NCBI GenBank assembly: GCA_019421315.1
Contig: JAHZFN010000279.1
Location: 3,441 to 31,822, forward strand
DNA length: 28,382 bases
Source: Peptococcaceae bacterium
GTDB lineage: Bacteria; Bacillota; Dehalobacteriia; UBA4068; UBA4997
Direction: 5' to 3'
Below the pieces are notes generated by a model that was not told where the DNA came from, made no database searches, and saw only the letters and a program-made list of their open reading frames with translations. Each line of letters starts with the position of its first letter. The first letter of the stretch is position 1. Position numbers and translations under genes: made by a program. This document shows, piece after piece, positions 17,350-27,524 of this stretch.

Positions 17350-17808
17350 ATGAGAACGGAAGACAGAGTTTTGGCTATGGCAACACCAATCTGCCAAAAT
17401 TTGGGCTGTGAAATTGCAGACGTCGAATGGAAAAAAGAGGGCGCCGATTGGTTTTTGCGGGTTTTTATCGACAGGGAACCTGCCGTTGACCATGACCTTT
17501 GCGCCGAAGTCAGCAGGGCCTTGGGCGACGCTTTGGATGCCGAGGATTTTATCGAGAGCAACTATGTTTTGGAGGTGTCTTCTCCCGGATTAGAAAGACC
17601 TCTAAAAAAAGCGACTGATTTTCAGCGGTTTGCGGGCAGTCCTGCTGTTATCAAGCTGTTTGCGGCGGAAGGCGGCAAAAAAGAGTTTGTCGGCGAGCTT
17701 TTGGGCTACGGCGCCGACGGGGTAGGCATAAAAGACCGGGAAAGCGGCAAGGAATACACGTTCCCCTTGGATAAAATTTCCAAGGCGCATTTGCTGTTTG
17801 AATTTTAA
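17350..17808 (+). CDS. rimP: Ribosome maturation factor RimP
   Basis: LRVFID and YVLEVSSPGLERPL motifs. RBS GGAGG 6 nt before ATG 17350. First gene of the nusA-infB operon. Confidence 0.95.
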   Translation: MRTEDRVLAMATPICQNLGCEIADVEWKKEGADWFLRVFIDREPAVDHDLCAEVSRALGDALDAEDFIESNYVLEVSSPGLERPLKKATDFQRFAGSPAVIKLFAAEGGKKEFVGELLGYGADGVGIKDRESGKEYTFPLDKISKAHLLFEF

Positions 17809-17966
17809 GATTTTGCTTCAGAACCGAATTTTTCGGCATAAATAAAAAGAGATATAAAAAATAAAATATATTTAAATAATGAAGTGAAATTTAAAAAATT
17901 TGAAATTTAATTTGTTTATAAATCGTTGTTTAAGGAGATAAATTTTTTAAGAGGTGATTGGAAAAA

Positions 17967-19229
17967 ATGGCTCGTGAGTTTATAAATAAGGATTTTATCG
18001 AAGCTTTGGAGGATTTGGAAACGGAACGCGGTATCAAGGCGGATGTTGTTTTGGAGGCGCTGGAGGCGGCTTTGATTTCCGCCTACAAAAAGAATTTCGG
18101 TTCGTCCCAGAATGTTCGGGTGGAAATTAACAGGGAAACAGGCGAAATTCACGTTTATTTCCGCAAAACCGTTGTGGACGAGGTGCTTGACCCCAGAGTG
18201 GAAATGTCTTTGGAAGAAGCAAGGCTTTTGGATCCCGAATTTGAAGTGGGAGATATGTTTGAGTCGGAGGTTACGCCCCGTTCTTTCGGACGCATTGCCG
18301 CCCAAACCGCCAAGCAGGTTGTTGTGCAGAGAATCCGCGAAGCGGAACGAGGCATGGTTTACGATGCCTTTGCAGGCCGTGAGGGCGATATTGTAACAGG
18401 CTTGATTACCAGAATTGAGGGCAGAAGCGTTATTGTGGATTTGGGCAAAACAGACGCTCTTTTGCCCGCCAACGAGCAGATTCCCGGCGAAAGATACGAA
18501 GTGGGCCAGAGAATTAAGGTTTATTTGGGAGAAGTCCGCAGAGCCAACAAAGGCGCTCAGGTGATTATTTCCCGCACCAACCCCGGTCTTTTGCGCCGCC
18601 TTTTGGAACAGGAAATCCCCGAAATTTACGACGGCACGGTTGAGGTTAAGGGCGTGGTCAGAGAACCCGGCAGCCGAGCCAAAATTGCCGTTTACAGCGA
18701 AGATGCCGACATCGACGCCGTGGGCGCTTGTGTCGGCGCCAAGGGTATCCGTGTGCAGAGCATTGTCAACGAGCTTTCGGGCGAAAAGCTGGAGGTTATC
18801 GAATGGTCTGCCGATTTGGCGAAATTCATCAGCAACGCCATCAGCCCCGCCAAGGCTTTGGAGGTTATTTTGAACGAGGAAGCCAAAACCGCCAAGGTTG
18901 TGGTTCCCGACGACCAGCTTTCCCTTGCCATCGGCAAGGAAGGGCAGAATGTGCGTTTGGCAGTTCGTCTGACAGCCTGTAAGATAGATATTAAGAGCGA
19001 AACCCAGATGGCGGCAATCCGCGCCAAAGAGGCGGCGGAAGCGGCAGAGCTTGCTGTTCGGGAAGAAGCGGCTGAAACAGACGATAATCTTAACGATTTG
19101 GATAATATAGACGATAATATGAACGATTTGGACGATTTGGACGGCGACGTTGAGCTGTTGGAAAACCCTGCCGAACAGCAGGCAGAGCTGACGGCAGAGG
19201 ACGTCCAAATGATGCAGGCAGACGAATAA
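17967..19229 (+). CDS. nusA: Transcription termination/antitermination factor NusA
   Basis: FGRIAAQTAKQV, REPGSRAKIAV and SLAIGKEGQNVRLA motifs; acidic C-terminal tail. Confidence 0.97.
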   Translation: MAREFINKDFIEALEDLETERGIKADVVLEALEAALISAYKKNFGSSQNVRVEINRETGEIHVYFRKTVVDEVLDPRVEMSLEEARLLDPEFEVGDMFESEVTPRSFGRIAAQTAKQVVVQRIREAERGMVYDAFAGREGDIVTGLITRIEGRSVIVDLGKTDALLPANEQIPGERYEVGQRIKVYLGEVRRANKGAQVIISRTNPGLLRRLLEQEIPEIYDGTVEVKGVVREPGSRAKIAVYSEDADIDAVGACVGAKGIRVQSIVNELSGEKLEVIEWSADLAKFISNAISPAKALEVILNEEAKTAKVVVPDDQLSLAIGKEGQNVRLAVRLTACKIDIKSETQMAAIRAKEAAEAAELAVREEAAETDDNLNDLDNIDDNMNDLDDLDGDVELLENPAEQQAELTAEDVQMMQADE

Positions 19230-19251
19230 TAAGCGGAAATCAGGTGACAGC

Positions 19252-19545
19252 ATGGCGAACAAAAGTAAGCCCGAACGCATGTGTGTGGGCTGCAAAGAAA
19301 TGAAACAGAAACGATCTTTGATTCGGGTTGTCAAAACGCCCGACGGCGAAATTAAAATTGACGGCACGGGCAAGATGTCGGGCAGAGGAGCTTATATCTG
19401 CCGAGATTTGGCTTGTCTGCAAAAAGCCGTTAAATCCAAGGGTTTGGAACGGTCGCTGAAGGTTGCCATCAGCGACGAGGTGAAAGACGAGCTTGCCGCC
19501 ATGCTTGCGGATTTGCCGCAGGAGGACGGTGGCGCCGATGAATAA
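19252..19545 (+). CDS. ylxR: YlxR (RnpM) family RNA-binding protein
   Basis: PERMCVGC and GRGAYIC motifs; synteny. Confidence 0.93.
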   Translation: MANKSKPERMCVGCKEMKQKRSLIRVVKTPDGEIKIDGTGKMSGRGAYICRDLACLQKAVKSKGLERSLKVAISDEVKDELAAMLADLPQEDGGADE

Positions 19546-19897
19546 TCAAAACACCCTTGACAGCAAGGTATACACGCTGCTGGGGTTTGCGCAGAAAGCA
19601 GGAAAGCTGGTTTCCGGCGATGACAGCGTTTTTGCGGCGCTTAACAAAAAAAGCCTGAAGCTGATTGTTGCGGCGGCGGATTTGAGCGACAACAGTCAAA
19701 AAAAATTCAGGCAAAAGCTGGCGTCCGCCGAAGCGGAGGTTAAAAGAAAAACAAAAATCGAAGTTTATACTTTTGGCACAAAAGTAACTTTGGGGCATGC
19801 CATCGGCAAATCCCCAAGGGGTTTGGTGGCTGTGATGGATGAAAACTTTGCCGGAGCCATTGCCAAGTATCTTAATGAAATTAAAGAACTTGCGTAA
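19538..19897 (+). CDS. ylxQ: L7Ae/YlxQ-family RNA-binding protein
   Basis: [14 protein letters not shown] and LGHAIGK motifs; overlaps the ylxR stop. Confidence 0.9.
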   Translation: MNNQNTLDSKVYTLLGFAQKAGKLVSGDDSVFAALNKKSLKLIVAAADLSDNSQKKFRQKLASAEAEVKRKTKIEVYTFGTKVTLGHAIGKSPRGLVAVMDENFAGAIAKYLNEIKELA

Positions 19898-19911
19898 AAA
19901 GGAGTGGTTGC

Positions 19912-22900
19912 ATGGGTAAAATAAGAGTACACGAACTTGCAAAGGAAATTAACGCCGAAAGCAAGAAAATCATAGAAGTTTTGAACAGAAAAGGTCATAT
20001 GGTGAAAAATCATATGTCCGTCTTAAACGACGAACAGGTTGAAATTGCCAAAACCGAGCTGGGGGTTATCAAAAAATCCGACGGCTTTAAGCCGAAGATT
20101 AAGCGTATTCCCAGGGCGCAGGTTGAGGCGGAAAAAGCCAAAGCCGAAGCCTTGGCGGCAGAAAAAGCGGAAAAAGCCGAACAGGCGGCGCAGGGCGAAG
20201 CCAAGGCGGAGGTTAAACCTGAAGCAAAAACAGAGGTTAAAGCCGAAGCCGAAAGCAAAGCGTCGGAAAAAGCGGTGGTTAAACCTGAGGTTAAAGAAGA
20301 ACCCGTTAAACAACAGGTTAAGGCGGAAACCGAAGCCGAAGCCAAACCTGAAGCTAAAACAGAAGCCAAGGCAGAGGTTAAAGCGAAACCCGCCCAAACG
20401 GAAGCTAAGCCCGAAGTCAAAGCCGAAGCAAAAACAGGGGCTAAAGGGGAAGCTGAAAACAGGGCGGCGGCAAAAGCAGAAGTCAAAACAGAAAATAAAG
20501 CAGAAAATAAAGCAGAAAATAAAGCAGAAAAGGTTATTGAAAAGCAAGAGGATTTTGAGAAAAGGGAAACAGAAGTGGAAAAGAAAGAGCAGAACGTAAA
20601 GGCGGCAGAGGAACAAAAAGCCGCCAAGGCGAAAGAAGAAGCCAAACCGACGTCCAAGGCAGAAGACAGCCGCAAATTCAATAAAGGCGGTCAAAAGGGC
20701 AGCTACAACAACAGGGATAACCGTGACGGCAAAAACGGCGGTTATAACAACCGAGATAACCGTGACGGCAAGGGCGGTTTCAACCGAGATAACAAAGGCG
20801 GATACAATAATAACCGCAATAACAACCGCGGCGACAAAGATAACAAAGGCGGCTTTAACAAAGACCGCGGCGGCAGCGGCGGTTTTAAAAAGGACGGCAA
20901 GCCCGGTATGCAGAACCGCAGCGGCAAGCCTCCCGTTAAAAAGGACAAATTTGAACAGCCTGCAGGCGAAATGCGCTACACGGCAACGCCCACCTATAAG
21001 CCAAACAACAAAAAACAGGATGCCAAAAAACGGGAAACCCGTGAACAGACCTTCTATAACGACCGTTATAAGGGCAATGAATTCGGCGGCAAAAAGAACA
21101 AAAACCGCCCGAAAAACAAATATAAAGAACAGAAAAAACAAAAAATGGTTATGCCTCCCGTAACGCCGAAAAAAATTATAATCGGCGAAACCATCAGCGT
21201 TCAGGAATTGGCGAAAAACATGAGCAAAACTGCCAGCGAGGTTATCAAAAAGCTCTTTGAGATGGGTATTATGGCAACCATCAACCAGGAACTGGATGCC
21301 GACACCGCCATTTTGCTGGCAGACGAATTCGGTATTACCGTTGAAGTTAAACAGGAAAAAATCGACGAAATTCTCTTTGATGATGACGACAACCCAAGAG
21401 ATCTCAAAGGCAGACCGCCCGTTGTTACCGTTATGGGTCATGTTGACCACGGTAAAACCTCCTTGCTGGACGTTATCAGAAAAACCAGCGTAACATCAAC
21501 GGAAGCAGGCGGCATTACTCAGCATATCGGGGCTTATCAGGTGGAAATCGACGGCAAGAAGATTACTTTCCTGGATACTCCGGGTCATGAGGCTTTCACC
21601 TCCATGCGTGCCCGCGGCGCTCAGGTAACGGATATTTCCATTTTGGTTGTTGCCGCAGACGACGGCGTTATGCCCCAGACCATCGAGGCTATCAACCACT
21701 CCAAGGCGGCAGGCGTTCCCATCATTGTTGCCATCAACAAAATAGATAAACCGGGGGCAAATCCCGACAAGGTTAAACAGGAGCTGACAGAACACGGCTT
21801 GGTTTGCGAGGACTGGGGCGGCGACGTTATCATGGTTCCCGTATCTGCCAAAAAAGGCGAGGGTATCGACACCCTTTTGGAAATGGTTCTGTTGGTTGCG
21901 GAAATGGGCGAGCTGAAAGCCAACCCCAAACGCCAGGCGAGAGGTACTGTTATCGAAGCCAAGTTGGATAAGAGCCGCGGTCCCGTTGCCACATTGCTGG
22001 TGCAAAAGGGTACTTTGAAAATCGGCGAAACTGTGGTTGCAGGCTCCGTATTCGGTAAAATCAGAGCCATGGTTGACGACAAGCACCGCACAGTGAAGAG
22101 TGCAGGACCCTCCATGCCGGTTGAAGTTTTGGGCTTTTCCGAGGTTCCCGAAGCAGGCGAAATCTTCATGGCGATCAAGGACGAAAAGGACGCCCGCTAT
22201 GCGGCTCAGATTCAGGCTATCAAAAAGCGTGAAGAAGAAATGCGCAAAAACACCAAGGTTAGTCTGGACGATCTCTTCAAGCACATTGCCGAGGGCGAAG
22301 TTAAAGATTTGAACATCGTTATCAAAGCGGACGTTCAAGGTTCCGCCGAAGCCGTTAAACAGTCTTTGGAAAAACTCTCCACATCGGAAGTTAAAGTCAA
22401 CGTAATTCACGTCGGTGTCGGCGGCGTCAGCGAATCCGATGTCATGCTGGCAGATGCCTCCAACGCCATTATCATCGGTTTCAATGTTCGTCCCGTTGCC
22501 CAAGCCAGCAAGGCTGTTGAAGCAACAGGCGTTGATATGCGTTTGTACCGTGTTATTTACGATGCTATCGAAGATGTTAAAAAAGCCATGGTCGGCTTGC
22601 TGGAACCCGAATACAAAGAAAAAGTTCTCGGTCAGGCAGAAGTCCGCGATACCTTCAAGGTGCCGAAAGTCGGCGTTATCGCAGGCGCTTATGTTACGGA
22701 AGGCAAGGTTACCAGACAGGCACAGGTTCGTATTGTCCGTGACGGCATTGTGGTTTGGGAAGGTCAGATTTCCTCTTTGAAACGTTTCAAAGACGACGCC
22801 AAAGAAGTTGTTCAGGGTTACGAATGCGGTATCGGCATTGAAAACTACAACGACATCAAGGTGGGCGACGTGATCGAAGCCTTCATCATGGAAGAAACCG

Positions 22901-22923
22901 AAAGAGACGTTGCCGATTTATAA
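19912..22923 (+). CDS. infB: Translation initiation factor IF-2
   Basis: [11 protein letters not shown]-terminus, [16 protein letters not shown] and NKID GTPase motifs, C-terminal SLKRFKDD. Confidence 0.99.
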   Translation: MGKIRVHELAKEINAESKKIIEVLNRKGHMVKNHMSVLNDEQVEIAKTELGVIKKSDGFKPKIKRIPRAQVEAEKAKAEALAAEKAEKAEQAAQGEAKAEVKPEAKTEVKAEAESKASEKAVVKPEVKEEPVKQQVKAETEAEAKPEAKTEAKAEVKAKPAQTEAKPEVKAEAKTGAKGEAENRAAAKAEVKTENKAENKAENKAEKVIEKQEDFEKRETEVEKKEQNVKAAEEQKAAKAKEEAKPTSKAEDSRKFNKGGQKGSYNNRDNRDGKNGGYNNRDNRDGKGGFNRDNKGGYNNNRNNNRGDKDNKGGFNKDRGGSGGFKKDGKPGMQNRSGKPPVKKDKFEQPAGEMRYTATPTYKPNNKKQDAKKRETREQTFYNDRYKGNEFGGKKNKNRPKNKYKEQKKQKMVMPPVTPKKIIIGETISVQELAKNMSKTASEVIKKLFEMGIMATINQELDADTAILLADEFGITVEVKQEKIDEILFDDDDNPRDLKGRPPVVTVMGHVDHGKTSLLDVIRKTSVTSTEAGGITQHIGAYQVEIDGKKITFLDTPGHEAFTSMRARGAQVTDISILVVAADDGVMPQTIEAINHSKAAGVPIIVAINKIDKPGANPDKVKQELTEHGLVCEDWGGDVIMVPVSAKKGEGIDTLLEMVLLVAEMGELKANPKRQARGTVIEAKLDKSRGPVATLLVQKGTLKIGETVVAGSVFGKIRAMVDDKHRTVKSAGPSMPVEVLGFSEVPEAGEIFMAIKDEKDARYAAQIQAIKKREEEMRKNTKVSLDDLFKHIAEGEVKDLNIVIKADVQGSAEAVKQSLEKLSTSEVKVNVIHVGVGGVSESDVMLADASNAIIIGFNVRPVAQASKAVEATGVDMRLYRVIYDAIEDVKKAMVGLLEPEYKEKVLGQAEVRDTFKVPKVGVIAGAYVTEGKVTRQAQVRIVRDGIVVWEGQISSLKRFKDDAKEVVQGYECGIGIENYNDIKVGDVIEAFIMEETERDVADL

Positions 22924-23049
22924 AATTTGATAAAATTCAGTAAAATATAAATTGTGTTCGTCGGTTGGTTTGGCAAATGCAGACAGCCGCCGAGAACGCC
23001 GCCGTTCGGCAAAAGATATAAATAAATATTAAAAATTTGTTTTGTGTTT

Positions 23050-23096
23050 TTTATACTGCCCGCTTTCGGTTTTTTTGGCAAAGCGGGCAGTATGAA
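23050..23096. other. Strong intergenic hairpin between infB and rbfA
   Basis: ATACTGCCCGCTTT / AAAGCGGGCAGTAT 14-bp stem. Confidence 0.6.
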
Positions 23097-23167
23097 ATAT
23101 GCAGACGGCAAGCATAATAAGCAATAAATATATTAAATTAAAATTTACAGAAAATCAGGTGATAGAT

Positions 23168-23548
23168 ATGGGACAATACAGAAAAAGCAGATTGGGCGAA
23201 GAGCTTAAAAAGGAAATTTCTGCCATCATCCGCACCATGAAAGACCCCAGACTGGGCTTTGTTTCCGTTATCAAAGTGGATGTTGATGCAGATATGAGCT
23301 CCGCCAAAATTTATGTCAGCCATTTCGGCAGCGGCGATTTTGCCGATACCATGGCGGCTTTGAAAAAAGGCGCAGGCTATATCCGCAGCGAATTGGCAAA
23401 AAAGCTGAAAACCAGAACCGTTCCCCAGTTGATTTTTATTGAAGACCATTCCATCGAAGAGGGTTTCAAAATCACCGAAATTCTCAACGATTACAATAAA
23501 AATCACCCCTCAAGCCACGGCGGCGCAGAGGAAAAGGACGAAGAGTAA
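23168..23548 (+). CDS. rbfA: Ribosome-binding factor A
   Basis: MKDPRLGFVSV, GYIRSELA and PQLIFIED motifs; RBS AGGTGA before ATG 23168. Confidence 0.95.
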   Translation: MGQYRKSRLGEELKKEISAIIRTMKDPRLGFVSVIKVDVDADMSSAKIYVSHFGSGDFADTMAALKKGAGYIRSELAKKLKTRTVPQLIFIEDHSIEEGFKITEILNDYNKNHPSSHGGAEEKDEE

Positions 23549-23597
23549 TAAAAAAGCAATAATCAAAAAGCAAAATACGATATGGTGAAATAGCAAC

Positions 23598-24674
23598 ATG
23601 ACAGAAAAATTTGCAGAAGCAAAAAGAAACTCAACAGAAATAGAAGAAACAAACAAAACCGCCGAAACGGCACGCTATGATTTTTCCGAAATTATGGCGG
23701 CGCTGCAAAAGTCGCAGTATCCCCTGCTGACAGGTCATGTCAGCCCCGATGCCGACGCAGTCGGTTCGGCTTTGGCTTTGGCTTTGGCTTTGGAAAGGCT
23801 GGGCAAGGAGCCTGCGGTGGTTTTCAAAGACGATATTCCCGATTATTTGAAATTTATGCCGGGCGCCGAAAAAATCATCAAGCCCGACCAATTGGACGAA
23901 AAAAGAGATTTGCTGGTGATGGTGGACTGTGCCTCCCCCAAGCGAATCGGCAAAATTTGGAGCGAGCCGTGGTTTGCCAAAATTCCCTGCATTGCCGTGG
24001 ATCATCACGAAACCAACGACGGCTTTGTCTGCTGTTCTTTGGTGGATGCCAAGGCGGCTGCCAACAGCCAGATTGTTTATTATCTGGTGCAGGCTTTGGG
24101 TGTGGCTTTGGACAAGCCTTTGGCAACCTGCCTTTTTGCGGGAATTTCCGGTGATACGGGCGGTTTTCGGTTCAGCAACACCAATCGGGAAACCATGGAA
24201 ATCGGCGGCAGGCTGATGGATTTGGGAGTTGATACGCAGGAGGTGCGGATTCAGCTTTTTGAATGTAAATCCATGAAAGATATGGCGATGATCGGTGTCG
24301 GTTTGGAAAATATGCGGCAGTCCGAGGACGGCAAGCTGGTTTGGACCTCAATCAGTCTAAAAGAAAAAACAGAGCATGGTGCGGCGGAAAGCAACTGCGA
24401 AAATATTTCCGACTACACTATGTACCCCGTTGGGGTAAAAGTCGGTATATTCTTCCAGGAAATGCCGAACGGCATGGTGAAAATGTCCATGCGCTGCCGT
24501 GACGGCTATAACGTGGCAAAGGTTGCCATGGCTTTTGACGGCGGCGGTCATGTTGTGGCGGCGGGCTGTCGGGCAGAGGGCGAGCTCAGGGCTGTTATGG
24601 CGGCAGTTTTGGCGGAGGCGGAAAAAATGATTGCCGAAGCCGAAGCGGAACAAAACCAAAAGGCGGTGAAATAA
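23598..24674 (+). CDS. nrnA: DHH/DHHA1 bifunctional oligoribonuclease/pAp phosphatase NrnA
   Basis: HVSPDADAVGS, VDHH, DTGGF and GGGH motifs; located between rbfA and truB. Confidence 0.9.
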   Translation: MTEKFAEAKRNSTEIEETNKTAETARYDFSEIMAALQKSQYPLLTGHVSPDADAVGSALALALALERLGKEPAVVFKDDIPDYLKFMPGAEKIIKPDQLDEKRDLLVMVDCASPKRIGKIWSEPWFAKIPCIAVDHHETNDGFVCCSLVDAKAAANSQIVYYLVQALGVALDKPLATCLFAGISGDTGGFRFSNTNRETMEIGGRLMDLGVDTQEVRIQLFECKSMKDMAMIGVGLENMRQSEDGKLVWTSISLKEKTEHGAAESNCENISDYTMYPVGVKVGIFFQEMPNGMVKMSMRCRDGYNVAKVAMAFDGGGHVVAAGCRAEGELRAVMAAVLAEAEKMIAEAEAEQNQKAVK

Positions 24675-24675
24675 A

Positions 24676-25572
24676 TTGCCCAACGGCTTTATTAATGTTT
24701 ACAAACCGCGGGAGATGACTTCTCACGACGTGGTTGCCATCATCAGAAAAAGGCTGCCCCGCAAAACCAAGGTGGGGCATACGGGAACTCTCGACCCCGA
24801 TGCGACGGGAATTTTGCCGATTTGTGTCGGCAAGGGCACTCGTTTGGCGGAATTCTTTGCGCCTTTGCGCAAGGTGTATCTGGCGGAAATGACACTGGGC
24901 GCCGTAACCTCAACCCAGGACAGCGGCGGCGAATTTTTGCAGAAAGCGGACGAAGCGGCTCTGGCGGCGGTAACCGAGACTGACGTAACCAAGGCGGCGG
25001 CAGAGTTTGTCGGCGAGATTATGCAGATTCCGCCGATGGTTTCTGCCGTTAAAATCAACGGCAAAAAGCTTTATCAGCTGGCAAGAGAGGGCAAAACCGT
25101 TGAACGCCAACCCCGAAAAATCACAATTTACGATATGGAAATTACGGATACGGCTTTGCCAAAGGTGCAGCTGCGGGTTACCTGCTCCGGCGGCACTTAT
25201 ATCCGAACCCTGATTAATGATATCGGTGAAAAGCTGGGTGTCGGCGCTTATATGTCGGCTTTGGAGCGGCAGGCTGTGGGCAGTTTTGATTTGGCGCACT
25301 CCTTGCCTTTGGAAAAAATCAAGGAGATGCTGGAGGCGAATGATTATTCCTGCTTGCTGCCTTTGGAATACGGCTTGGAGCATTTGCCCGTTTTGAATCT
25401 GCCCGATGAAAAGTCTTTCGACGATGTTCTGCACGGCAGACATCTGGTTTGGAAAGAGCAAATTCCCGCCGGTACATATAAATTATTTTATCAAAACCGC
25501 ATTGTTGCCGTGGCGGCGGCAGACGGCAAAACCTTGAAAATGCGCAAGGTGCTGATCAGCGAAAACGATTAG
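24676..25572 (+). CDS. truB: tRNA pseudouridine(55) synthase TruB
   Basis: TSHDVV, GHTGTLDP, QIPPMVSAVK and CSGGTYIR motifs. Confidence 0.97.
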   Translation: MPNGFINVYKPREMTSHDVVAIIRKRLPRKTKVGHTGTLDPDATGILPICVGKGTRLAEFFAPLRKVYLAEMTLGAVTSTQDSGGEFLQKADEAALAAVTETDVTKAAAEFVGEIMQIPPMVSAVKINGKKLYQLAREGKTVERQPRKITIYDMEITDTALPKVQLRVTCSGGTYIRTLINDIGEKLGVGAYMSALERQAVGSFDLAHSLPLEKIKEMLEANDYSCLLPLEYGLEHLPVLNLPDEKSFDDVLHGRHLVWKEQIPAGTYKLFYQNRIVAVAAADGKTLKMRKVLISEND

Positions 25573-25759
25573 TCTATATTAAAATATTTATCAAAAATTA
25601 TAAAGCGAAATATATGCGCAAAGCAAACTGCAAAATAATTTGTTTGCAAATTATTCTCGGCGCTGCCCTTTGCTAAAGGACGGGTCGATTACAAAATCTT
25701 TAAGTATTAAAATTAAATATCAAATATCAAATATCAAATATCAAAAAGGAAGATATCCG

Positions 25760-26716
25760 ATGAAAATATTGAACAGTATTGAAGAATTTCCCGGAGAGCT
25801 GACCTCTTCCGATCGGTTTGTGGCTGTTACTTTGGGCAATTTTGACGGCGTTCATTTGGGGCATAAGGCTTTGTTTGCCGTTTTGGAAAGAGTGAAGAAA
25901 AAACATGACGCCGTGTCGGTGGCTTTTTCCTTTAAGCCCCATCCGCTGGAGGTTTTGACGGGAGTTTGTCCGCCGAAGCTGAACACCGAAAAAGACAAGG
26001 AAGCGCTTATCAAAAAGATGGGCGCCGACTATTTGCTGCACTGCCCCTTTACCAGGGAGCTGGCGGCGCTGTCGCCGTCGGAGTTTGTTAAAAAAATTCT
26101 CATCGACGGGCTGAACGCCAAAGAGGTTGTGGTTGGCTATAACTATACCTTTGGCGACAAAGGCTCCGGCAACGCTCAAGCTTTGGTTGATTTGTGCGCG
26201 GAATATGACTGCCATGTTACCGTTGTGCCGCCTGTGCAGACACGGCTGGGCGTGGTTTCCAGTACTCTTATCCGCAGCAAGGTTCAGGCGGGTGAAATTG
26301 AAGATGCAAGCGAGCTTTTGGGATATTGTTACCAGCTGAAGGGCAAGGTTGTCAAAGGCTTACAGCTGGGCAGAAAGCTGGGTTTCCCCACGGCAAACAT
26401 TCGCCTCGAACCCAATATGCAGCTGCCGAAATACGGTGTTTACGCCTGCTATTCCGCTTTTGAGGGCAGAATGGTAAAATCCGTTGTCAATGTGGGTTTG
26501 CGCCCTACCATCAACGATAACATCGAGCCGACTGTGGAATCGAACCTGTTGAATTTCAGCGGCAATCTCTACGGCAAAAAAATGACGGTTTTCTTTGTGG
26601 AGCAGTTGCGCCCCGAGCAAAAATTCGACGGTTTGGAGGCCTTGAAAAACCAAATTGCCAAGGACGCCCAAACCGCAGAAAAAATCTTAAACGAAAAAAG
26701 AGTTATTAAGTATTAA
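25760..26716 (+). CDS. ribF: Bifunctional riboflavin kinase/FAD synthetase
   Basis: GNFDGVHLGH, SSTLIR, GRKLGFPTAN and NVGLRPT motifs; RBS AAAGGA before ATG 25760. Confidence 0.96.
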   Translation: MKILNSIEEFPGELTSSDRFVAVTLGNFDGVHLGHKALFAVLERVKKKHDAVSVAFSFKPHPLEVLTGVCPPKLNTEKDKEALIKKMGADYLLHCPFTRELAALSPSEFVKKILIDGLNAKEVVVGYNYTFGDKGSGNAQALVDLCAEYDCHVTVVPPVQTRLGVVSSTLIRSKVQAGEIEDASELLGYCYQLKGKVVKGLQLGRKLGFPTANIRLEPNMQLPKYGVYACYSAFEGRMVKSVVNVGLRPTINDNIEPTVESNLLNFSGNLYGKKMTVFFVEQLRPEQKFDGLEALKNQIAKDAQTAEKILNEKRVIKY

Positions 26717-26746
26717 AAACTTAAATAAAAATATCGCAAAAAAGCC

Positions 26747-26775
26747 TTGCTAAACGGGGCAAAATCATGTATAAT
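26747..26775 (+). promoter_or_regulatory. sigmaA promoter of rpsO
   Basis: TTGCTA-N17-TATAAT. Confidence 0.65.
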
Positions 26776-26785
26776 ATTGTTTGTT

Positions 26786-26856
26786 GACCATGGCTCGGAT
26801 ATGGGTTCTCCGCCCCTACCTGCGCTATCGGTATCATTAAAAATTTTTTGGAGGTG
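26786..26856 (+). promoter_or_regulatory. Putative S15 autoregulatory leader (rpsO 5' UTR hairpin)
   Basis: GC-rich foldable segment ACCATGGC...GGG-TTCTCCG-CCC...GCTATCGGT in an AT-rich UTR. Structured S15 leaders are known in Firmicutes. Confidence 0.45.
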
Positions 26857-26862
26857 CTGATA

Positions 26863-27132
26863 ATGCCATTAGCAAAAGAAGTTAAAAATGAAATCATCGA
26901 AAAATTCAAAACCCATGAAGGCGACACAGGTTCTCCCGAAGTTCAAATCGCTCTTTTGACACAAAGAATTTTGGACTTGACCGAACATTCCAAACAACAT
27001 CCCAAGGATCATCATTCCAACCGCGGTTTGTTGAAATTGGTTGGTCAACGCCGCCGTCTTTTGAACTATATTAAAAAACAAGACTTCGATCGTTACCGCA
27101 ACATTGTTAAAGAATTGGGTCTGAGAAGATAA
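26863..27132 (+). CDS. rpsO: 30S ribosomal protein S15
   Basis: [16 protein letters not shown] and [20 protein letters not shown] motifs; RBS GGAGGTG. Confidence 0.98.
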   Translation: MPLAKEVKNEIIEKFKTHEGDTGSPEVQIALLTQRILDLTEHSKQHPKDHHSNRGLLKLVGQRRRLLNYIKKQDFDRYRNIVKELGLRR

Positions 27133-27161
27133 TTAAAAAAATTATTTTATTTTTCGCTTAT

Positions 27162-27195
27162 AACCGCCTGAATTTTATTCAGGCGGGTTTTTTTT
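27162..27195 (+). terminator. Rho-independent terminator of rpsO
   Basis: CCGCCTGAAT / ATTCAGGCGG stem plus an 8-T tract. Confidence 0.88.
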
Positions 27196-27447
27196 ACGGC
27201 GTCGTGTTGTTAAACTTCACAGGTGCGGACTAAACGCCATTTTAATTCAGTGAAGTCTGTTAATACTCTGTCTTTTGCCGCACCGGGTGTTTGGTGGGGT
27301 TCCGCTAAGGTAAAATTTATAATTTATCTTAGCACGAAAACCGCAAAGCAGCCAAATAACAATAAAGAAAGCGCAATAACAGGTTTCTCCGAGTTTAGGC
27401 TGCGTTCTGACTATTGTACGAAGTTTAACAACATCCACGTCGTAAAA
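27192..27447. repeat. 256-nt rod-like palindromic dispersed element (MITE-like or structured RNA)
   Basis: Imperfect terminal inverted repeats at 27192-27218 and 27420-27447, nested internal pairings up to a central hairpin, and a half copy at 6835-6969. Confidence 0.8.
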
Positions 27448-27524
27448 TGTATATGATTTTTGATTTTTTGGCAGAATAGGGAATAGCGTAAAAACCGAAA
27501 GCAGTCAAAAAAGGAGAGATATAC

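Noticed and set aside
20130..20900. Repeats in the infB 5' region (e.g. GAAAATAAAGCA x3, duplicated [10 protein letters not shown])
   Set aside because: Low-complexity, variable N-terminal linkers are ordinary in IF-2.
27192..27447. 6S RNA identity of the rod-like element
   Set aside because: It is longer than typical 6S RNA, has no obvious large central bubble, and has a dispersed partial copy. It cannot be fully excluded without an Rfam search.
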